64,000 nt of DNA, from contig NC_135809.1 in NCBI RefSeq assembly GCF_964213995.1, positions 32,426,001 through 32,490,000 on the forward strand. The letters run 5' to 3'. Below are positions 59,151-64,000 of this stretch, piece by piece. A program made the translations under genes and the position numbers. This stretch comes from Mustelus asterias. Its lineage: Eukaryota. Every line of letters begins with the position of its first letter. The first letter of the stretch is position 1. The notes beneath the pieces were generated by a model. The model did not search any database and was not told where the DNA came from. It worked only from the letters and a program-made list of their open reading frames with translations.

Positions 59151-60849
59151 AAAAATGTGAACCCACTGGTGGGGGCATGAGAAAATTTCACCTGTTCTTT
59201 TGAAAAATGTGGAGTCACCTTTACAAGTAAAGTATTCTAACAACAGAATCTATTTTCACTTTGTAATTAATTGTTTGTTTTGAATATAGAGTGTGATTAC
59301 AGCAAGTGCATGAATTTCATGTTACAGTAGGGGAAATTAATTTAGCAGAAAATTACAAAATAAAACTCCCATTTATATTTCCTCTTTGCATATTTCTCAG
59401 AAGCATCTCAAAGTGCTTCATATGCAATCACTGTAAAGTGCAGTGACTGCTGTTGGCAAACCAGAAAATACCCAACCATTTTAGCCACAAATCCCCACAG
59501 ATGGGATATGTGACCAGTTAATCCGTTTTGGTGGTATTGTTTAGTCAGGTATGTATGCAAGGCTGTCTGGAAAATTAGCATATTTCCTTCTTGCTAAACA
59601 GCTGGCAATTAAATGAACATGATTCTCCTGGTTCAGCAGTTTTCCCCTGAAGATAATGAATTTGTGATTTGCTCTAGTTTCAATGTAGCCGATCATTGCG
59701 ATCAGTCACTGAGTGGAGAGGGTCGTTTGCTACTCTCCACCAGACAACGAGAAGAGATTCTCCCAATAGCAACAGCACAAGTACATTTTGTTGTAACCCT
59801 CATTTCGTACAAGTTATATGACTATCCACCCAGTTATGATGAATTACTTCTCTGATCAAAGGGGATACAGTTCACCAAAAAAAATGTTTTTCAATGTAAA
59901 CTGAAATAAATAAGGCCCAAGATTCCTCCCAAGCCTGTGTCCATTATCATGCTATTGAAAGACAATATTGTTGACTTTAAAATGCCTCGAGAAGATTTAC
60001 CGCAATGCGTTTGTTCATCGTGCCAATTTGCCAGCCCATCGCAGTGGGAGATGTTCGGTGCTGCCTCTGCTGATTGGATTCCTTGGCATCTCGCAGCAGC
60101 GAAACATGCCTTTTTCACATATCTGTTAGAATCACAATCTCAGAAAAAATGTGAACATTATATATGGACCGCCACCCAGAGTGAGGATAACATTCAATAA
60201 GAGCAAAGACAAAATTGCAAATTGTTTGATAATAGTCACTTGGACACAGCTGAGACCTTCAAACTTTGCTGATTTTTTCAATTTTCTGTGACAGCTTTTC
60301 ACTACTGTTGGATGAGTGATGACTGGGAACAGGGAAATGGTTTTGTAGTAACGGGTAAGTGCTTTAGTGAGGTAATGTTAAAGGGACATTAGGGCCTTAT
60401 AACTATCTCTGGGTGCTCAACAATCACATACTTATATTGATCTTGAGGATGATTTTTAAAAATCTCCATTTTTCTCCCTTATTAACAGGAAAATCTTCAC
60501 AATTTTGTTTGGATGTCAAATATATGTTCAAGAGATCCTGAGACTTACAATGTTTATGGCGGCTTGGTTTCAGTGTAGTCACCAACTCGGGTGGAGAGAA
60601 TACTGATTAGTTTTGGAAAATTCTCCTTTAACCCTCCCGTTTCAAGACACTTGCTGGGTTATATTACTGAATGTAAAAGCAAAGAGGCCCAATTTTAACC
60701 TGCAACATCAATCAAACAGGCATGGGATTGAGGTGAACGTGAAAATTAATTCATGGGTCCCATTCGCATGCTTCAATCAGTTGCCTGATGGTTATTCGCA
60801 ACAGATTAGGAAGCAGGAAGCCACTGGACAGGACCAAAGGACTGATGCA

Positions 60850-61438
60850 AGAAGGCAAGTTATGTTACAGCTTTATAAAACTTTAGTTAGGCCACATTTG
60901 GAATATTGCATGCAGTTCTGATCACTGCACTACCAGAACGATGTGGATGCTTTGGAGAGGGTGCAAAGAAGGTTTACCAGGATGTTGCCTGGTCTGGAGA
61001 GTTCTAGATATGAGGAAAAATTGAATAAATTTATATTGTTTTCACTGGAAAACGGAGGCTGAGGGGGCGACGTGACTGAGATCTACCAAATTATAGGGTG
61101 GATAGTCAGAGGCTTTTTCCCAGGATGGGAAGGTCAACTATAAGAGGGCACAGGTTCATGGTAAGAAGGGGAAGTTTTTGGGGAGACATGCAGGGAACAT
61201 TTTTCAACAGAGGGTGGTGGGTGCCTGGAACGCATTGCCAGTGGAGGTGGTGGAAGAAAGCACGTCAGCAACGTTCAAAGTGTATCATGATGGACACATG
61301 AATGGGAAGTGAAGAGAGGGATAGAAATCACATGCGGGCAATAAGTAGTGAGTTTAAATAAGGATTAGAAATCAGTGCAGGCTTGGTGGGCCAAAGGGCC
61401 TGTTCCTGTGCTGTATTGTTCTTTATTCCTTGTTCTAT
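60850..61438 (+). mobile_element. CR1 3' fragment (degenerate)
   Basis: Encodes VMLQLYKTLVRPHLEYCMQF and MDSQRLFPR; CR1 tail. Confidence 0.88.
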
Positions 61439-62189
61439 ACCCAACATTCAGATGAGCCATGCGGAAGGGTTTTACAAATATCCCATGTCCAAGAAGTGAA
61501 TGACTTCATTAAGCGGGAGACCTAAACTGTCAGTCCTCCCGGTACCATGAAAGGAAAAATAAATACATTTTAAAACATTATTTGTTTAAGCTGGGTTAAA
61601 ATAAAACAAAACTTGAGTACAACTGATTGGTAGATAAGTCTGATGGATGATTTTAATTGCTTGCCCAGCATTGCACAGAGATGACAAGTCACACGTGCTT
61701 ATTGGGTAAATGTTTATTTTTAAAGAACAGAATTTTATGTGTATAAGATGATATAGACGAACTGCCTTGTCTTCTGTTCGGAACATAATCAGGAGAAATA
61801 GGTCTTACTGTGCGATGCAGCACTTCAGTTTGCTCTTTAGTTGTAAAATACTAATGTTTATTAAATGTAAATTGGCTGCAGTTAAGAAGCTAATGAAGTC
61901 TGGATATATTAACCTCAGTACATCGACATTATGGAAAAGGGCAGTATGCTAATAGCAAATTGAACAGTTAGCAGCAGAAGGGATGGATGTGATAATGTGC
62001 TAAGTGGTATAGTGTTCTCTATTGCTACCTACTTTTGAAAGTCGTTAGATCTTAATCGGCAACTACACAAATCCTGCCTTACCAAATCACCCTCCACAGT
62101 TGTGTAAACCTCAGTTAAAATCACATTGCTGTTTGATTCTTAATTACACCTGGACTCTTTCAGACTTTTAAATGTTGTATTGCAATCAG

Positions 62190-62853
62190 ACACCCGATTC
62201 CCCCATTTTCTGGCTCAGTGATCCCGTTGGCGTGGAAATGGGAGAGATCCGTGCTGGGAGCGTCTGTCAGATGGGATTCGTCCACCTGATGGATGCAAAT
62301 ACATTCATCCCGCGATTCACACTGGAGAACCCCGCTGATATCTCCGTGTTCGCAGACAGGACCCTTCCCCTGCAAAAATCCCCTCGCCCCCTCCCTCCCC
62401 ATCCCACTGACCAGGATGCACCACCAACCCCACATCAAAGAGGGGCATCCTTCCACCCACCACTCAAATAATTGGTCACTACTCCCCAACCCAATTCAGG
62501 AATGTGTCATCCCCTTCCCCCTCAAATCCCCACAGCCACCCTTGGCCCTCAGAACCCCAAGGAGCACCCACCCCATACCCCTGACATCCTAGGGGGGCCT
62601 CGATGCCTTTCTTCACCTTAGCGGATCCAAAGACATCAGTCCTGGGCTCGCTAATGAAATGGAAATCCAGATTCGCGTATTGAAATCAGCTACGCTCTGA
62701 TTTACAGCGCGGAGCTCATTACTCTGAAAATCTCAGGCTGGGAGATACGCGGACACCGTGGTGCCCACAGGAAGCCCACAAAATGGCCTCCGCTGATGTG
62801 CCCCGGCCCGTTACACTGCTAGAGCAGCGCAGCAGGTTGGAAGACTCTTCCCC
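62190..62853. repeat. GC-rich DNA-transposon-like repeat (family of 29347/56736, opposite orientation)
   Basis: 62760-62853 is the reverse complement of the start of the 29347 and 56736 copies. Confidence 0.5.
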
Positions 62854-63282
62854 GATGTGTTTCAGTCAATGTAGAAGCAGACTGCTCAGATCCCGACCCT
62901 GACAGCTGAAATGCTCTTGTCTGACGTGCTCTCGGTTTTGGAACCTGTGAGGGCGCCACCAAAGCTGCACGTGTGCAGAGGCAGTCTCTGGACTCAGAGG
63001 TGGGCAGTGGGAGAAAACTCAAAGCACTTTGATTGATGGCCCCATTTGCATGAGCCATTTTCCATCATCGCTTTCGTGGCCAGGTCACAAGTCACTGCTC
63101 CCATTGTGTTGGAGAAGACTCTGATAATAGATCATTGTGACTGTAAGGCCAAGGCAAAGTTATCTATCAGCCTATGAAAGTTGCCAGACGTATTGGCACC
63201 CAGAGTCTGCACAGTGGTGTTGCAGGCACATGTGGACTCATTTGACTGGAGCATATAACAGCCTCTGGCAGTGGCTGCTCTA

Positions 63283-63676
63283 AATGTGGAGATGCCGGCG
63301 TTGGACTGGGGTAAACACAGTAAGAAGTTTAACAACACCAGGTTAAAGTCCAACAGGTTTATTTGGTAGCAAAAGCCACACAAGCTTTCGAGGCTCTAAG
63401 CCCCTTCTTCAGGTGAGTGGGAATTCTGTTCACAAACAGAACTTATAAAGACACAGACTCAATTTACATGAATAATGGTTGGAATGCGAATACTTACAAC
63501 TAATCCAGTCTTTAAGAAACAAAACAATGGGAGTGGAGAGAGCATCAAGACAGGCTAAAAAGATGTGTATTGTCTCCAGACAAGACAGCCAGTGAAACTC
63601 TGCAGGTCCACGCAACTGTGGGAGTTACAAATAGTGTGACATAAACCCAATATCCCGGTTGAGGCCGTCCTTGTGT
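63283..63676 (-). mobile_element. 5'-truncated Penelope copy (3' pLTR + tail), same family as 31885
   Basis: Matches 31885-32265; TSD GTGGC(T/C)GCTCTA (63271-63282 / 63677-63688). Confidence 0.92.
63376..63420 (-). ncRNA. Minimal type I hammerhead ribozyme
   Basis: CAC-CUGAAGA-A-GGGGC/UUAGA/GCCUC-GAAA-GC-UU-GUG; stem II pairing retained despite sequence change. Confidence 0.8.
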
Positions 63677-64000
63677 GTGGCCGCTCTATCCAGGGAAGAA
63701 TACATTGTTTAAGTGACCTGTGATATTAACCACCTCATGCTGGAGGCAGATTCCATTCATCTGTACACAATCTCAGTGGGTGTAATTTGAAGGTTCGTCA
63801 GTGAATCTCACATTCCCTGCTGATCTATAATTCTGGAATGATTCTCTTATTCTCCAATGATCCCCAGGGTACAACATGTGTTCAGCTGTGCAGAGTTTGT
63901 AGAGGGCTGCACCCTCTGACACAGACTATCCACTATTGTCCCTGTCTCCTGTTCTCGTTTCCATTGAATCACCAGACGATAAGCCAGCTATCTGCTTTAA

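Noticed and set aside
59937-60200. 87-aa ORF as a host exon
   Set aside because: No recognisable domain, non-ATG start, no convincing splice sites

Overview
Eukaryotic, repeat-dominated DNA. It is most consistent with a shark (elasmobranch) intron or intergenic region, inferred from HE1-type V-SINEs, HER1/CR1 LINEs and SacSINE1-like Deu-SINEs. I recognise no host protein-coding gene. Main elements: a full-length, apparently intact CR1 LINE (16834-21163, minus; ORF1 Zn-finger/coiled-coil/SGNH esterase, ORF2 APE+RT, 50-bp 5' monomers); a young 5'-truncated CR1 (about 9646-11710); a full-length but mutated Mag-like Gypsy element with 298-bp LTRs and a 5-bp TSD (42345-47032) plus two related solo LTRs; an inverted Neptune-type Penelope element with hammerhead ribozymes (31885-34587); and a decayed Gypsy, a decayed Harbinger transposase, Rex/Babar and L2 fragments, many SINEs and GC-rich MITE-like repeats. 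Most interesting signals: (1) the Gypsy has no tRNA primer-binding site but a 14-15 nt sequence complementary to its own LTR across the poly(A) signal, suggesting self-priming; (2) CR1 ORF1 ends in an in-phase U_UUA_AAC slippery heptamer followed by a G-tract, with ORF2 open in the -1 frame; (3) two Penelope insertions, one of them only the 37-nt tail, sit at the same nucleotide of two different Deu-SINE copies. Family names come from motif recognition, not database searches. Boundaries without TSD support are approximate.
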